From positions 1,504,001 through 1,568,000 of the forward strand of contig CBDCJV010000002.1 in the NCBI GenBank assembly GCA_965217895.1: DNA of 64,000 nucleotides, given 5' to 3'. The position numbers and the translations under genes were made by a program. Of the stretch, positions 41,718-52,419 are shown in pieces (positions within the stretch are counted from its first letter, which is position 1; each line of letters starts with the position of its first letter). The notes below the pieces were generated by a model, which saw only the letters and a list, made by a program, of their open reading frames with translations, did no database searches and was not told the DNA's origin. This DNA is from Waterburya sp. (GTDB lineage: Bacteria > Cyanobacteriota > Cyanobacteriia > Cyanobacteriales > Xenococcaceae).

Positions 41718-42437
41718 ATGATCAAAGTCTTGATAGTAGACGATCAAAAAACAGTACAAGAAATTCTGAAAAGTTATATTGAAGAAGAATCAGGCTTGGA
41801 ACTTGTTGGTTGTGCTGAAGATGGTCAAGAAGCCATAGACCTAATTCAGGTACACCGACCTAATATTGTTTTAATGGATATTGAAATGCCTATTTTGGAT
41901 GGGCTGTCAGCTACTAAAATTATCACTGAAAAGTTTATAGATACTAGCGTCTTAATTATTAGCGTTCACAATGAAGATACCTATCTAAATTCTGCTTTAC
42001 AGGTAGGTGCAAAAGGATATTTAAAGAAAAATACTCCTGCCAAGGAATTAATCAACGCCATTTATTCTGCTTATAAAGGATATTTTCAGTTAGGGCCTGG
42101 TTTACTAGAAAAATATTTGCATAAAGTTACTGATTCTCAATCTAATTCCCAGGAAATAGAGCAGCTAAAATCAGTAATACTCCAGCAGTCTAAACTGCTA
42201 GAAGATTTGAATACTGGCTCTAGTAGACAATCAAGACGCGATCCTCGTAGCCGGGATAGAAAACCTAAGAGTCAATACTCTTTAGAAAATCAATACGCTA
42301 ATTTAGAACAGCAAGTATATTACCTTAACAGCTTTGTAGATAAGCTTAATCAAAGAGTTGGTTTTCTGCAACAGTTTGGTGTTCTAGTAATACTGTGTTG
42401 CGTAGTTTTAGGTATATTGCTGCTAGCTACTTTATAA
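41718..42437 (+). CDS. Response regulator: NarL-like receiver, coiled coil and C-terminal TM helix (no HTH)
   Basis: LIVDDQ, LMDIEMPILDG, GAKGYLKK; C-terminus FGVLVILCCVVLGILLLATL. Confidence 0.85.
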   Translation: MIKVLIVDDQKTVQEILKSYIEEESGLELVGCAEDGQEAIDLIQVHRPNIVLMDIEMPILDGLSATKIITEKFIDTSVLIISVHNEDTYLNSALQVGAKGYLKKNTPAKELINAIYSAYKGYFQLGPGLLEKYLHKVTDSQSNSQEIEQLKSVILQQSKLLEDLNTGSSRQSRRDPRSRDRKPKSQYSLENQYANLEQQVYYLNSFVDKLNQRVGFLQQFGVLVILCCVVLGILLLATL

Positions 42438-42730
42438 ATTAATAAATTAGCAAAATGTCAGAAATTTTTGCTTGCTTTGACTTCAAAAGCCCATAGTTTA
42501 AAAATCTTCATACTTATACCCAATTTTGAGACTACCATCCGTAGGATAATAAAAAGTTATTGACCAAAACGGTTACAGTAAAGATATTACTTCCATCAAG
42601 GGAAAAGGAACAAACCTTATCATTTTTGTTTAAAGGCGAAGCAATCTGTAACATCACAAGTCTTTACTAAAAACTTATATCTTTAAAAAGATACTTACTT
42701 ACACACTTATTTTGATTAAAGGAGAAAATA

Positions 42731-44032
42731 TTGGTTTCTACAACTTCCTTTAAAACGGCTAAATCAGAAGAGATTTTTAGTGCTGCTCAAAAATTAATGC
42801 CTGGTGGAGTTAGCTCACCAGTACGAGCCTTTAAATCTGTCGGTGGTCAGCCTATTGTATTTGACCATGTTAAAGGTGCTTATATTTGGGATGTAGATGG
42901 TAATCAGTATATTGATTACGTTGGTACTTGGGGTCCTGCAATTTGTGGTCATGCTAATCCTGTAGTTATTAAAGCTCTCCATGAAGCTTTAGAAAAAGGC
43001 ACTAGCTTTGGCGCGCCCTGCGCTTTGGAAAATGTCTTGGCAGAAATGGTGATTGATGCTGTTCCTAGTATAGATGTAGTGCGCTTTGTTAACTCAGGAA
43101 CAGAAGCCTGTATGTCTGTTTTGCGTTTGATGCGTGCCTTTACTGGTAGAGACAAAATCGTTAAATTTGAAGGCTGCTATCACGGTCACGCGGATATGTT
43201 TTTGGTCAAGGCTGGTTCTGGGGTAGCAACCCTTGGCTTACCAGATTCTCCTGGAGTACCAAAATCCGCCACTAATAACACTTTAAATGCTCCCTATAAC
43301 GACTTAGAAACAGTCAAGAAATTATTTGCCGAAAATCCTGATGAAATTGCAGGGGTGATTTTAGAGCCTGTAGTTGGTAACTCTGGCTTTGTCACACCTG
43401 ATGCTGGTTTCTTAGAAGGTTTAAGAGAGATAACCCAAGAGCATGGCGCACTATTAATCTTCGACGAGGTAATGACTGGTTTTCGTATAGCTTATGGTGG
43501 CGCACAGGAAAAATTTGGCGTAACGCCCGACCTTACTACCTTAGGTAAAGTTATTGGTGGCGGTTTACCTGTAGGTGCTTATGGTGGACGCGCGGACATT
43601 ATGTCTATGGTTGCACCAGCAGGACCAATGTATCAAGCAGGAACTTTATCTGGTAATCCTTTGGCAATGACTGCGGGAATTAAAACTTTAGAATTGCTGA
43701 GGAAGCCAGGCACTTACGAGCAGTTAGACCGCATTACGAAAAAGCTATCAAATGGCTTATTGGCTGTGGCTAAAGAAGCTGGTCATGAAGTTACTGGAGG
43801 TAGCATCAGTGCTATGTTTGGAATGTTCTTCACAGGTAAAGAAGTTCACAATTACGACGATGCCAAAACCTCAGATATGAAGAAATTCGGTCGTTTTCAT
43901 CGCGGTATGCTAGAAAGAGGCATTTATCTTGCTCCTTCTCAGTTTGAAGCTGGTTTTACATCCTTAGCTCATACTGATGAAGATATTGATAAGACTTTGG
44001 CAGCAGCAAAAGAAGTTTTAGCTGAAATTTAG
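42731..44032 (+). CDS. hemL: Glutamate-1-semialdehyde 2,1-aminomutase
   Basis: [37 protein letters not shown]. Confidence 0.99.
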   Translation: MVSTTSFKTAKSEEIFSAAQKLMPGGVSSPVRAFKSVGGQPIVFDHVKGAYIWDVDGNQYIDYVGTWGPAICGHANPVVIKALHEALEKGTSFGAPCALENVLAEMVIDAVPSIDVVRFVNSGTEACMSVLRLMRAFTGRDKIVKFEGCYHGHADMFLVKAGSGVATLGLPDSPGVPKSATNNTLNAPYNDLETVKKLFAENPDEIAGVILEPVVGNSGFVTPDAGFLEGLREITQEHGALLIFDEVMTGFRIAYGGAQEKFGVTPDLTTLGKVIGGGLPVGAYGGRADIMSMVAPAGPMYQAGTLSGNPLAMTAGIKTLELLRKPGTYEQLDRITKKLSNGLLAVAKEAGHEVTGGSISAMFGMFFTGKEVHNYDDAKTSDMKKFGRFHRGMLERGIYLAPSQFEAGFTSLAHTDEDIDKTLAAAKEVLAEI

Positions 44033-44142
44033 TTGTTAGTTGATTAAGTCTTAGTTTTGAGTGTTTTTTTACATTTGTAATCAAAGAACTTTAATTAATC
44101 TAACTAAGTACTTTTGGGCAAACATTAACTTTATCTAAATCA

Positions 44143-44171
44143 AAAAAGACGGGACAATACCCCGTCTTTTT
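44143..44171. terminator. Bidirectional terminator between hemL and hspA
   Basis: AAAAAGACGGG-ACAATAC-CCCGTCTTTTT. Confidence 0.88.
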
Positions 44172-44177
44172 CGGTTA

Positions 44178-44615
44178 TTACAATTCCAGATTTTCTTGAG
44201 CAGCTTCAGTTAAATTAACTTTAACTACTCTATTTTTTTCTGCTTCCGTCTTAGGTAAAGTTAAGTGCAAAATACCGTTGTTGTATTGGGCAGTAACTTT
44301 AGTATTTTGAATAGTTTTTGGTAAAGCGATCGCTCTTTGGAACTTGCCATAGCCAAACTCAGAACGAAGTTTTTCTACTTTAGGTGCTTGACGTTCTCCG
44401 CTAACAATCACTCTATTTGCCATTGCCTGAACATCTATATCTGATTTATTCATTCCAGGCAATTCTAATTTTAATTCAAAAGTTTCTTTGGTTTCGTTCA
44501 GTTCTGCTGCGGGAAAATAGCTACTATTTACAGAAGTTGTATTGTTAAAAATGCCTTCTAACTGACTTTGTAAAGTTGCCATTTCTTGCCAGGGATTATA
44601 ACGAACAATAGTCAT
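44178..44615 (-). CDS. hspA: Small heat-shock protein (Hsp20)
   Basis: VRYNPWQE; LELPGM; SEFGYGKFQRAIALP; YNNGILHLTLPK. Confidence 0.93.
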   Translation of the reverse strand: MTIVRYNPWQEMATLQSQLEGIFNNTTSVNSSYFPAAELNETKETFELKLELPGMNKSDIDVQAMANRVIVSGERQAPKVEKLRSEFGYGKFQRAIALPKTIQNTKVTAQYNNGILHLTLPKTEAEKNRVVKVNLTEAAQENLEL

Positions 44616-44788
44616 AGTTTTATTTCCTTCTCTTTTAATAATCAGCTAATTTGTGTCGCTGTTTTTTGTTTTCTTAATTATTATTGTAGGGAGAGTAAAA
44701 AGATATTGTAAGTGTGGTTCGCTTCATCTATATGTCGTATTTTCTGCCCGAACAAATTGATATCTAGTTAACCGTAATTAATAATTAT

Positions 44789-45430
44789 TTATTTAGGCTG
44801 AATTGAATAGCCACAGCGATGTTCGCCATCATTAATCCAGTGAGTTCTTTGGACAACACAGTCTGGCAAAACCGCAGCAAACATTTCTAATTCATGTCCA
44901 CAAATGCTGGGATAAGATTCAGCAACTTCAGATATAGCGCAGTTGTGTTCTACTAAAACAAACTGCTTCTTTTTAGGCGCGCTTTGATGCAATTCCGCCA
45001 TATAGCCTTCATCCTTACGTAGCTGGACTAATTTGCTAATGCGCTGTTTTAAAGTTCCTTTGCCTAAGCGATCGCGATATTCGGCTGCTTTACGTTGCCA
45101 TTGCTTTTCCAAAACTAAGCTAACCTGTTCTTTGCCTACGGTTTCAGCTAGGGTATCTAAAAAAGAAACGGCAAAATCATTATATTTTTGGGGACTAAGG
45201 CGATCGCGCCCTTGGCTACTAAGCTGGTACAAATGTTGCGGCCTGCCCATACCTTGATGTATTGACTGATAAGCAATCAATTCATCTGCCTCCAATTCAT
45301 TTAAATGGCGACGAATTGCCTGCGCACTAAGATTAAGGTCGTGCGCTAGCTGTTGCGCGGTTGCCTGACCTTGCTTGAGCAAATATTTCAGAATATTTTG
45401 TTTAGTAGACGGTAAACCAGTGGTTGTCAT
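44789..45430 (-). CDS. sufR: Fe-S cluster biosynthesis repressor SufR
   Basis: N-terminal wHTH; EHNCAI...CGHEL...HRCGY Cys ligands; divergent from sufB. Confidence 0.95.
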   Translation of the reverse strand: MTTTGLPSTKQNILKYLLKQGQATAQQLAHDLNLSAQAIRRHLNELEADELIAYQSIHQGMGRPQHLYQLSSQGRDRLSPQKYNDFAVSFLDTLAETVGKEQVSLVLEKQWQRKAAEYRDRLGKGTLKQRISKLVQLRKDEGYMAELHQSAPKKKQFVLVEHNCAISEVAESYPSICGHELEMFAAVLPDCVVQRTHWINDGEHRCGYSIQPK

Positions 45431-45538
45431 CGTCCTAAAGACTATAAATTGGGCTTAATAGAGAAATAATAGCAAAAAGGATTTTTTTGACTTAAACAAT
45501 ATCTATTTGTTGGTAATGTAACTTACAATATACTTAAA

Positions 45539-45552
45539 CAACAAATTTGTTG
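45539..45552. promoter_or_regulatory. SufR operator CAAC-N6-GTTG
   Basis: CAAC-AAATTT-GTTG in the sufR-sufB intergenic region; a second imperfect site at 45497-45512. Confidence 0.8.
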
Positions 45553-45685
45553 TTAAACTCAAAGTGAACTTTCTTCAACTTTGTCTATACAAACTAATTT
45601 TAGCGAAGTAGTAACAAATCAACCCGTTACTGCTCCACAAAATTTAAAACAACTATTGAAGATATATTTTATATAAGCCCCTACC

Positions 45686-47125
45686 ATGAGTGCCAACGTT
45701 AAAACTTTAGTCAATCAACCCTACAAGTATGGTTTTGTTACCGAGATTGAAACCGAATCAATTCCTCGCGGATTAAGCGAAGATGTTGTTCGTTTAATTT
45801 CGACTAAGAAAAACGAGCCAGAATTTATGCTAGAGTTTCGCCTCAAAGCCTATCGTCAGTGGCTGAAGATGAGTGAACCAGATTGGCCTCATGTAGAATA
45901 TCCTGAAATTGACTATCAAAATATCGTTTACTATTCTGCACCCAAAAAAAAACGTGAAAAGCTAGGTAGCTTAGATGATGTCGATCCCGCTTTGCTAGAA
46001 ACTTTTGACAAGCTAGGTATTCCTCTTTCAGAACAAAAAAGATTGGGTAATGTAGCGGTAGATGCCATTTTTGATAGCGTTTCTATTGGTACTACCTTTA
46101 AGGAAAAACTAGCAGAGGATGGCGTAATATTTTGCTCTATCTCCGAAGCTTTGGAAGAACATCCCGAACTCGTAAAGAAATATTTAGGTAGCGTTGTTCC
46201 TGTAGGGGATAATTACTTTGCTGCTTTAAATTCTGCCGTGTTTAGTGATGGCTCGTTTGTCTTTATTCCCAAAGGCGTAACCTGTCCGATGGAACTATCA
46301 ACCTATTTTCGTATTAATGACGGAGATACGGGTCAGTTTGAGCGTACTTTGATTGTGGCAGAAGAAGGAGCATCTGTAAGCTACTTAGAAGGCTGTACTG
46401 CGCCGATGTTTGACACCAACCAGCTTCACGCTGCGGTGGTAGAGTTAGTGGTCTTAGATAACGCTAGTATTAAATATTCAACCGTTCAAAACTGGTTTGC
46501 AGGAGATGAAAACGGCAAAGGCGGGATTTATAATTTCGTGACCAAACGTGGTTTATGTAAAGGAGTTAATTCCAAAATCTCCTGGACACAGGTAGAAACA
46601 GGTTCGGCGATTACCTGGAAATATCCTAGCTGTGTTTTGGTAGGGGATAACTCTATAGGCGAATTTTATTCCATTGCTTTAACTAATAATAAACAGCAAG
46701 CTGATACAGGAACAAAAATGATTCACGTGGGCAAAAATACCCGCAGCACGATTATTTCTAAGGGGATTTCTGCTGGTAATTCTAAAGGTAGCTATCGTGG
46801 TTTAGTCAAAATTGGCAACAAAGCCGATGGCGCACGCAACTATTCCCAGTGTGATTCAATGCTAATTGGCGACAATGCCGAGGCTAATACCTTTCCGTAT
46901 ATCCAGGTAAATAACAGCACTGCTAAACTAGAACACGAAGCGTCTACGGCAAAAATTGGCGAAGAACAGCTGTTTTACTTTGCTCAACGAGGCATTTCTG
47001 AAGAGGATGCAGTAACCATGTTAGTCAGTGGTTTTTGTAAAGACGTGTTGAATGAACTGCCAATGGAATTTGCAGCCGAAGCAGACAAACTATTGAGCCT
47101 AAAATTAGAAGGAACAGTTGGTTAA
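45686..47125 (+). CDS. sufB: Fe-S cluster assembly protein SufB
   Basis: [45 protein letters not shown]. Confidence 0.98.
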   Translation: MSANVKTLVNQPYKYGFVTEIETESIPRGLSEDVVRLISTKKNEPEFMLEFRLKAYRQWLKMSEPDWPHVEYPEIDYQNIVYYSAPKKKREKLGSLDDVDPALLETFDKLGIPLSEQKRLGNVAVDAIFDSVSIGTTFKEKLAEDGVIFCSISEALEEHPELVKKYLGSVVPVGDNYFAALNSAVFSDGSFVFIPKGVTCPMELSTYFRINDGDTGQFERTLIVAEEGASVSYLEGCTAPMFDTNQLHAAVVELVVLDNASIKYSTVQNWFAGDENGKGGIYNFVTKRGLCKGVNSKISWTQVETGSAITWKYPSCVLVGDNSIGEFYSIALTNNKQQADTGTKMIHVGKNTRSTIISKGISAGNSKGSYRGLVKIGNKADGARNYSQCDSMLIGDNAEANTFPYIQVNNSTAKLEHEASTAKIGEEQLFYFAQRGISEEDAVTMLVSGFCKDVLNELPMEFAAEADKLLSLKLEGTVG

Positions 47126-47151
47126 ATATTTTTTGGGTTAGGTATAAATTG

Positions 47152-47177
47152 AGGACGTACTAATAGTGCGTCCTTTT
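47152..47177 (+). terminator. Intrinsic terminator directly after sufB
   Basis: AGGACGTACTA-A-TAGTGCGTCCT followed by TTT. Confidence 0.75.
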
Positions 47178-47237
47178 ATTTTAAGAATAATTATACGCCG
47201 AGCATTTTAATGGCGATCGCAATTTTGAGTTTGGTTA

Positions 47238-47825
47238 CTAATTTAATTCAACACGGTCATAAAGTTCATCTAGACTAATTTCTAATTCAAATGAATCAAA
47301 GGTAATTATACTTTCCTTGGTCGCATATTCAGAAAGTACCCATTGATCCAAGTTATTTTTAGTAAATTTCTCTACCTGCATAGATGTTTGACTAATTAAT
47401 AAATATTCTCTAAAACTAGGAATAGTGCGATACATCCGAAACTTATCACCACGGTCATATTTTTCGGTAGAGTCAGATAAAATTTCGGCAATCATTATAG
47501 GATTGACAATTGTATCACTGCGATTTTCAGCAAATACCAAAGGGGTATTGACTACCATCACATCAGGATAAGTATACAAACGGCAGTAAGGTATCGAGAG
47601 GCGTAAATCACTCATGAAAATATCATAAGAAGTACCTCTCAAAGCAAAATTCAATGTACTACTCAAATTTAGGGCGATTTTATTGTGATTAGGTTTCCCG
47701 CCAGCCATAGGTATTATTTGACCATCTAAATATTCGCTTCTTTGTTCAGCCTGGGTTTCTAGTTCTAAATATTCGGCGGGGGAATAATAAATTTTAGTAG
47801 GGACTTGCATAGCTATAATTGTCAT
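47238..47825 (-). CDS. Uma2 family (DUF820) putative endonuclease
   Basis: EYLDGQIIPMAGG; YPDVMV; EILSDSTEKYDRGDKF. Confidence 0.92.
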   Translation of the reverse strand: MTIIAMQVPTKIYYSPAEYLELETQAEQRSEYLDGQIIPMAGGKPNHNKIALNLSSTLNFALRGTSYDIFMSDLRLSIPYCRLYTYPDVMVVNTPLVFAENRSDTIVNPIMIAEILSDSTEKYDRGDKFRMYRTIPSFREYLLISQTSMQVEKFTKNNLDQWVLSEYATKESIITFDSFELEISLDELYDRVELN

Positions 47826-47864
47826 TCATGAATTTATTATAAACAGGCTAGAGTTTAAGCAAAT

Positions 47865-48902
47865 CTATTGATACAATTGCATTACCTGGGCGATCGCCAT
47901 ACGAGACTGAACGTTCAAATCTAGTGTAGATCTGTGTCCTAAATTAAAATGTTCGGCTGCTGCACAACCAATCATGGCTGCATTATCTGTACAAAATTTG
48001 AGAGGAGGAAAATATACCTTTAACTGATGCTTGGCTGCTGCTTGAGTTAAATACTTTCTCAAACCGCTATTTGCAGCCACACCACCGCCAATGGTAATAG
48101 TATCTAGATTGTGATCTAGGGCGCATTGCACGCTGCGCTTAGTCAAAACTTGAGCAACAGTATGCTGAAAACTAGCTGCAATATCCGCTACAGGAACTTC
48201 TCCTTCCGCTTTTAATTTTTCTACTAGCCTTAAAACTGCTGTCTTCAAACCGCTGAAGCTAAAATCATAGGGATGATAACCTCCTCTAGGTAAAGAGATT
48301 TTACCTGCTGGTAACTTAAATGCTTTGGGGTTGCCTTCTTGTGCCAAGCGATCGATTATTGGCCCACCTGGATATCCTAGGTCTAATAACCTCGCTACTT
48401 TGTCAAATGCCTCTCCTGCTGCATCATCTCTCGTTGAACCAAGTAGTTTGTACTCGCCATAATCTTTGACATGAATACTGCTGGTATGTCCTCCAGAAAC
48501 TAATAAACACAAAAAAGGTGGCTCTAATTCTGGTTGAGCTAGGTAAGAGGCATAAATATGCCCTTCCAAGTGATGTACCCCCAAAAAAGGCTTATTGTGA
48601 ATCATTGACAGGGTTTTAGCTGCTGCCACTCCTACTAATAAAGCCCCCACCAAACCAGGAGTACAGGTAGCTGCGATCGCATCTATATTTTGCCAATCTA
48701 TTTGCGCCTCTGACATTGCCTGAGCAATACAGGGGTTAATAATCTCAAGGTGTTGCCGAGAAGCTAATTCAGGTACAACACCACCATAAGTTCGGTGTAG
48801 TTCAATCTGAGAAGAAACAATACTACTCAAAACTTGACGATTCTTTACGATAGCCACCGCAGTTTCGTCACAACTTGTTTCGATCGCTAAAATTGTTGCC
48901 AT
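47865..48902 (-). CDS. tsaD: tRNA threonylcarbamoyladenosine biosynthesis protein TsaD
   Basis: [39 protein letters not shown]. Confidence 0.98.
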   Translation of the reverse strand: MATILAIETSCDETAVAIVKNRQVLSSIVSSQIELHRTYGGVVPELASRQHLEIINPCIAQAMSEAQIDWQNIDAIAATCTPGLVGALLVGVAAAKTLSMIHNKPFLGVHHLEGHIYASYLAQPELEPPFLCLLVSGGHTSSIHVKDYGEYKLLGSTRDDAAGEAFDKVARLLDLGYPGGPIIDRLAQEGNPKAFKLPAGKISLPRGGYHPYDFSFSGLKTAVLRLVEKLKAEGEVPVADIAASFQHTVAQVLTKRSVQCALDHNLDTITIGGGVAANSGLRKYLTQAAAKHQLKVYFPPLKFCTDNAAMIGCAAAEHFNLGHRSTLDLNVQSRMAIAQVMQLYQ

Positions 48903-49102
48903 CCTTTGATAAGTTGATTTACAAGAACAAATTTGTTCGCCTAATCCCTAACGTTCGTAATCAGGAAAAATCTATCTAAGCGTAATCAACGCTCAGGTAA
49001 ATTACAGTCTGTTAGCGAAAGTAAGATTAGTTAGCGTATAAGAAATATCTTTACGCTCATACACATACACAATTATTATCTGTCACAAAAGGAAACATAT
49101 TC

Positions 49103-49600
49103 ATGAGAAGGTTGTTTGCTTTAATATTAGTATTTACGCTTTGGTTTGGTTTTGCACCTACGGCGAATGCTGATGAAGTAGCAAATTTGACTCCCTGTGG
49201 AGAAAATGCTGCTTACGTACAAAAAGCTAAAAATTTCCGCAACACTACCGATGATCCCAATTCTGGTCAAATTAGAGCCGAGCGTTATGCAGAAGCTCTT
49301 TGTGGACCAGAAGGCTATCCCCATTTAATCGTAGATGGTCGCTGGTCACACATGGGAGATTTCTTTATCCCCAGCATTTTATTTTTGTATATCGCTGGTT
49401 GGATTGGTTGGGCTGGTCGCTCTTACGTAATTGCTGTTAGAAAAGAAAAGAACTCAGAAATGCAAGAAGTTGTAATCAATGTTCCCTTAGCTATTAGCAA
49501 AATGTTAGCAGCAGCCACTTGGCCCCTACTGGCATTTGGTGAAATCTCCAGTGGCAAAATGTTTGCCGACAAATCGGAAATTACCGTTTCACCCCGCTAA
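49103..49600 (+). CDS. psaF: Photosystem I subunit III
   Basis: Signal peptide; LCGPEGYPHLIVDG; LYIAGWIGWAGRSY; ITVSPR. Confidence 0.98.
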   Translation: MRRLFALILVFTLWFGFAPTANADEVANLTPCGENAAYVQKAKNFRNTTDDPNSGQIRAERYAEALCGPEGYPHLIVDGRWSHMGDFFIPSILFLYIAGWIGWAGRSYVIAVRKEKNSEMQEVVINVPLAISKMLAAATWPLLAFGEISSGKMFADKSEITVSPR

Positions 49601-49635
49601 ATTGCACTTTATTAACTGTTTGAATGGAGGATATT

Positions 49636-49764
49636 ATGGGAGACTTACAAAAGTTTCTTTCCACTGCCCCAGTCTTAATTATGGCTTTGCTAACCGTTAC
49701 GGCTGGGCTTTTAATTGAATTTAATCGTTTTTTTCCAGACTTATTGTTCCATCCCTTAAGCTGA
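49636..49764 (+). CDS. psaJ: Photosystem I subunit IX (42 aa, not in the ORF track)
   Basis: [47 protein letters not shown] ribosome-binding site; follows psaF. Confidence 0.97.
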   Translation: MGDLQKFLSTAPVLIMALLTVTAGLLIEFNRFFPDLLFHPLS

Positions 49765-49835
49765 TCTAAAATCGAAGCAAAATTTAACTTAAACATTGCT
49801 ACTTTCAGCTATTTGCTGAAGAATTGAACTTCATT

Positions 49836-49872
49836 AACTGCGATTAATTTATTTTTAGTCGCAGTTTTTTTT
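49836..49872 (+). terminator. Terminator after psaFJ
   Basis: AACTGCGATTA...TAGTCGCAGTT followed by a T-run. Confidence 0.75.
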
Positions 49873-49915
49873 AATTCAAATCTTATGTTTGAGCCAAAAA
49901 ACTGATGTAGCTAAC

Positions 49916-49930
49916 AGTTACAATGTAACT
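49916..49930. promoter_or_regulatory. Candidate TA operator palindrome
   Basis: AGTTACA-A-TGTAACT, 22 bp upstream of the RHH antitoxin start. Confidence 0.55.
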
Positions 49931-49952
49931 ATTGATTTGAAACAGTATTTTT

Positions 49953-50399
49953 ATGTCCAAAGTAGTTAGCACTAGATTAGCAACAGAAACAGAAGCCAGA
50001 TTACAAAGATTAGCTCGTCTTTTGGGTAAAACTCCTAGTGAGACAGGGGCGATGTTAATCGAGGAATCCTTGCGACAAAGTGAATTTGCTTATATTGAAT
50101 TTCGTAACTCTCCTCTTGGAAGACAGGCTTACATGAAAAATTCTAATTTAGCAGTCTGGCAAGTGATGATGCTGGCGAAAGAATTAGATAACGATGTAAA
50201 TGCAATTGCTAATCATCTTCAGAAATCAACTGCATGGGTACAAGCAGCATTTAACTATACAGAAGCTTATCCCGAAGAAATTGATTTGGCCATACAAGAC
50301 GATATGGCAATTGATTACACAACTATCAAACGACTCCTACCACAAACCGAACTGTTATTAATTCCCCAAGATATCATGAAGGAAGATATCTCAAATTAA
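49953..50399 (+). CDS. Antitoxin with an RHH N-terminus and a DUF433-like domain
   Basis: VVSTRL...LQRLAR..GKTPSE; LAVWQV; AAFNYTEAYPEEI. Confidence 0.82.
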   Translation: MSKVVSTRLATETEARLQRLARLLGKTPSETGAMLIEESLRQSEFAYIEFRNSPLGRQAYMKNSNLAVWQVMMLAKELDNDVNAIANHLQKSTAWVQAAFNYTEAYPEEIDLAIQDDMAIDYTTIKRLLPQTELLLIPQDIMKEDISN

Positions 50400-50773
50400 T
50401 GCTATCTTTCCTTCTTGATGAGCAAATATCACCAGAAATAGCCCAGCAAATTAATAACAAACATTCAGAAATCCCTATATTTTCGATTCACACTTGGAAA
50501 AATGGCAATTTTCTTGGTGTTGCGGATGAAGCAATTCTCAGGATAGCAGCACTAAAACAGCTTACTTTAATTACTTACGATCAAAAAACTATTCCACCTA
50601 TCTTAGTTAAATGGGGACAAGCAAATATCAACCACGCAGGAGTAATTTTTATTAACTATCGCTCTATTTCTCCTAATAATTTTGGTGGATTGATTAAAGC
50701 TATTATTTGGTTGGGTCAAACTCAAAAAAATAGTGATTGGCAAAATCGGATTGTTTACTTACAACCAAGCTAA
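50399..50773 (+). CDS. DUF5615 PIN-like toxin
   Basis: FLLDEQISP; DEAIL; LITYD; HAGVI; TAATG coupling to the antitoxin. Confidence 0.85.
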   Translation: MLSFLLDEQISPEIAQQINNKHSEIPIFSIHTWKNGNFLGVADEAILRIAALKQLTLITYDQKTIPPILVKWGQANINHAGVIFINYRSISPNNFGGLIKAIIWLGQTQKNSDWQNRIVYLQPS

Positions 50774-50814
50774 AACACTATAATTTGTATTACAAAGACT
50801 GTAAGAAATAAGTT

Positions 50815-51063
50815 ATGAATATTCAATTAAAACCAGAACAAGAAAAATTTATTCAAGAAAAGATTGCTAGCGGTGTATATAGTAATGCTAATGATGTAAT
50901 TTCTAAAGCTTTTGAACTACTAGAAGCAAGAGAAAAAAAATTGAAAGAACTTCGAGACAAAATTGTTATTGGCACTGAACAAATAGCTAATAAACAGCTA
51001 ACAGATGGTGAAATTATTTTTGATAAATTACAGGAGAAAATAAAGAGAATTGCTGGTGAATAA
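50815..51063 (+). CDS. parD: ParD-family (RHH) antitoxin
   Basis: MNIQLKPEQEKFIQEKIASGVYSNANDVI; palindrome TTTGTA-T-TACAAA upstream at 50784-50796. Confidence 0.88.
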   Translation: MNIQLKPEQEKFIQEKIASGVYSNANDVISKAFELLEAREKKLKELRDKIVIGTEQIANKQLTDGEIIFDKLQEKIKRIAGE

Positions 51064-51068
51064 AATTT

Positions 51069-51368
51069 ATGAGTAGCTATTCTTTCACTAATGTTGCAAT
51101 ACAAGATATTGATGAGATTTGTGAATATATTGCTCGTCAGAATTCTCAAGCAGCTGGCCAATTATTTGATGTAATCAGAAAAAAATGTAAGCTGATTGCC
51201 AATTTCCCTAACATGGGGAAAAGCTACAGTAAACTTGCTCCTGGTTTAAGAGGTTTTGTTGTTGAGAATTATATTATTTTTTATTACGCTAAAAAAGATG
51301 GAATCAACATCGCTAGAGTAGTTAGCGGTTATCAAGACCTGGAATTGTTGTTTTTAGAGAATAAATAA
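51069..51368 (+). CDS. parE: ParE/RelE-family toxin
   Basis: AIQDIDEICEYIA; FPNMG; YIIFY; IARVVSGYQD. Confidence 0.9.
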   Translation: MSSYSFTNVAIQDIDEICEYIARQNSQAAGQLFDVIRKKCKLIANFPNMGKSYSKLAPGLRGFVVENYIIFYYAKKDGINIARVVSGYQDLELLFLENK

Positions 51369-51470
51369 CGAGCTGTAATTATTTAATTTAATTGCGATCG
51401 CTTTATAAAAAATAGCCAAAACAAAGTTTGTTATAAAGGAGAAAATTATTTTTAAATAATATCAACTAAA

Positions 51471-51590
51471 ATGAGATACAAAAGATGTAGACCCGAAAAG
51501 CGAATTTATCGTAATTTAGCTTTAGGAGCAATAACTTTTTTAGTTTTAGCAACAGTTTTACCTGTAATTGGTACTTCTGGAATGATGTAA
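51471..51590 (+). CDS. Putative 39-aa single-TM peptide (MRYKRCRPEKRIYRNLALGAITFLVLATVLPVIGTSGMM)
   Basis: ATG-to-TAA frame with a basic N-terminus and a hydrophobic helix. Confidence 0.45.
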   Translation: MRYKRCRPEKRIYRNLALGAITFLVLATVLPVIGTSGMM

Positions 51591-51613
51591 TTGATTACAC
51601 CGCTACATAATAA

Positions 51614-52393
51614 TCAGTTTAAATTTTTCGCAATTTTCTTGGCGGTACGCAATATTTGTCCTGCCAAAATAGCTGCCCCAAAACCATTATCTATATTTAC
51701 TACTCCAATTCCCGCAGCACAGGAGTTTAGCATAGTTAACAAAGGCGCAACACCACCAAAACTTGCTCCATAGCCAACGCTAGTAGGTACTGCCACCACA
51801 GGACAATCCGCCATTCCTGCCACAACGCTGGGTAATGCACCTTCCATGCCTGCCACCACAATTAAAACATCGGCATCATAAACAACCTCACGATTGCTTA
51901 ATAGACGATGGATTCCTGCTACCCCCACATCCCAAAGACGAGTCACCGCAAAGCCACATAGTTCAGCAGTAATGGCAGCTTCTTCGGCAACGGGAATATC
52001 AGCCGTGCCAGCGGTAAGAATTGAAATTGTTCCCGCCTGGTTGGAAGTTTGAGGAGCAGACAAAGTGCAAATGCGGGCAGTAGGATAGTAGATTAAGTCG
52101 GGAATGGCTTGTTTTAGCTGTTTATATATTTCGATTTCAATCCGAGTTGCCATAACTACCGCAGCGTCTTGTGCCATGGCAGTCATAATTTTAATTATTT
52201 GTTCGGGAGTTTTGTCTGCACCCCAAATAACCTCAGGAAAACCTGTCCTAAGCTGTCGATGATGATCTATTTTGGCAAACTCATCTAGGGTTTCAAAAGG
52301 CAGATCTTTGAGCTTTTCCAAAGCAGATTCTGGACTTATATTACCAGAGGCGATCGCCTGGAGCAAATTTTTTAGTGCTTCTGGCTGTGTCAT
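51614..52393 (-). CDS. larB: LarB/CpmA-like PurE-related protein
   Basis: DHHRQLRTGFPEVI; AGTADIPVAEEA; DVGVAGIHRL; VPTSVGYG; VVNIDNGFGA. Confidence 0.93.
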   Translation of the reverse strand: MTQPEALKNLLQAIASGNISPESALEKLKDLPFETLDEFAKIDHHRQLRTGFPEVIWGADKTPEQIIKIMTAMAQDAAVVMATRIEIEIYKQLKQAIPDLIYYPTARICTLSAPQTSNQAGTISILTAGTADIPVAEEAAITAELCGFAVTRLWDVGVAGIHRLLSNREVVYDADVLIVVAGMEGALPSVVAGMADCPVVAVPTSVGYGASFGGVAPLLTMLNSCAAGIGVVNIDNGFGAAILAGQILRTAKKIAKNLN

Positions 52394-52419
52394 TAAACTA
52401 ATTGAAGTCAGATAAGAAA

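Noticed and set aside
42578..42590. NtcA-like sites upstream of hemL (and at 49907)
   Set aside because: Spacing is N7 and N9 rather than GTA-N8-TAC
44748..44753. GTTCGG (minus strand) upstream of hspA as a K-box/Rre1 site
   Set aside because: Only the 6-bp half matches and the rest of the K-box is absent
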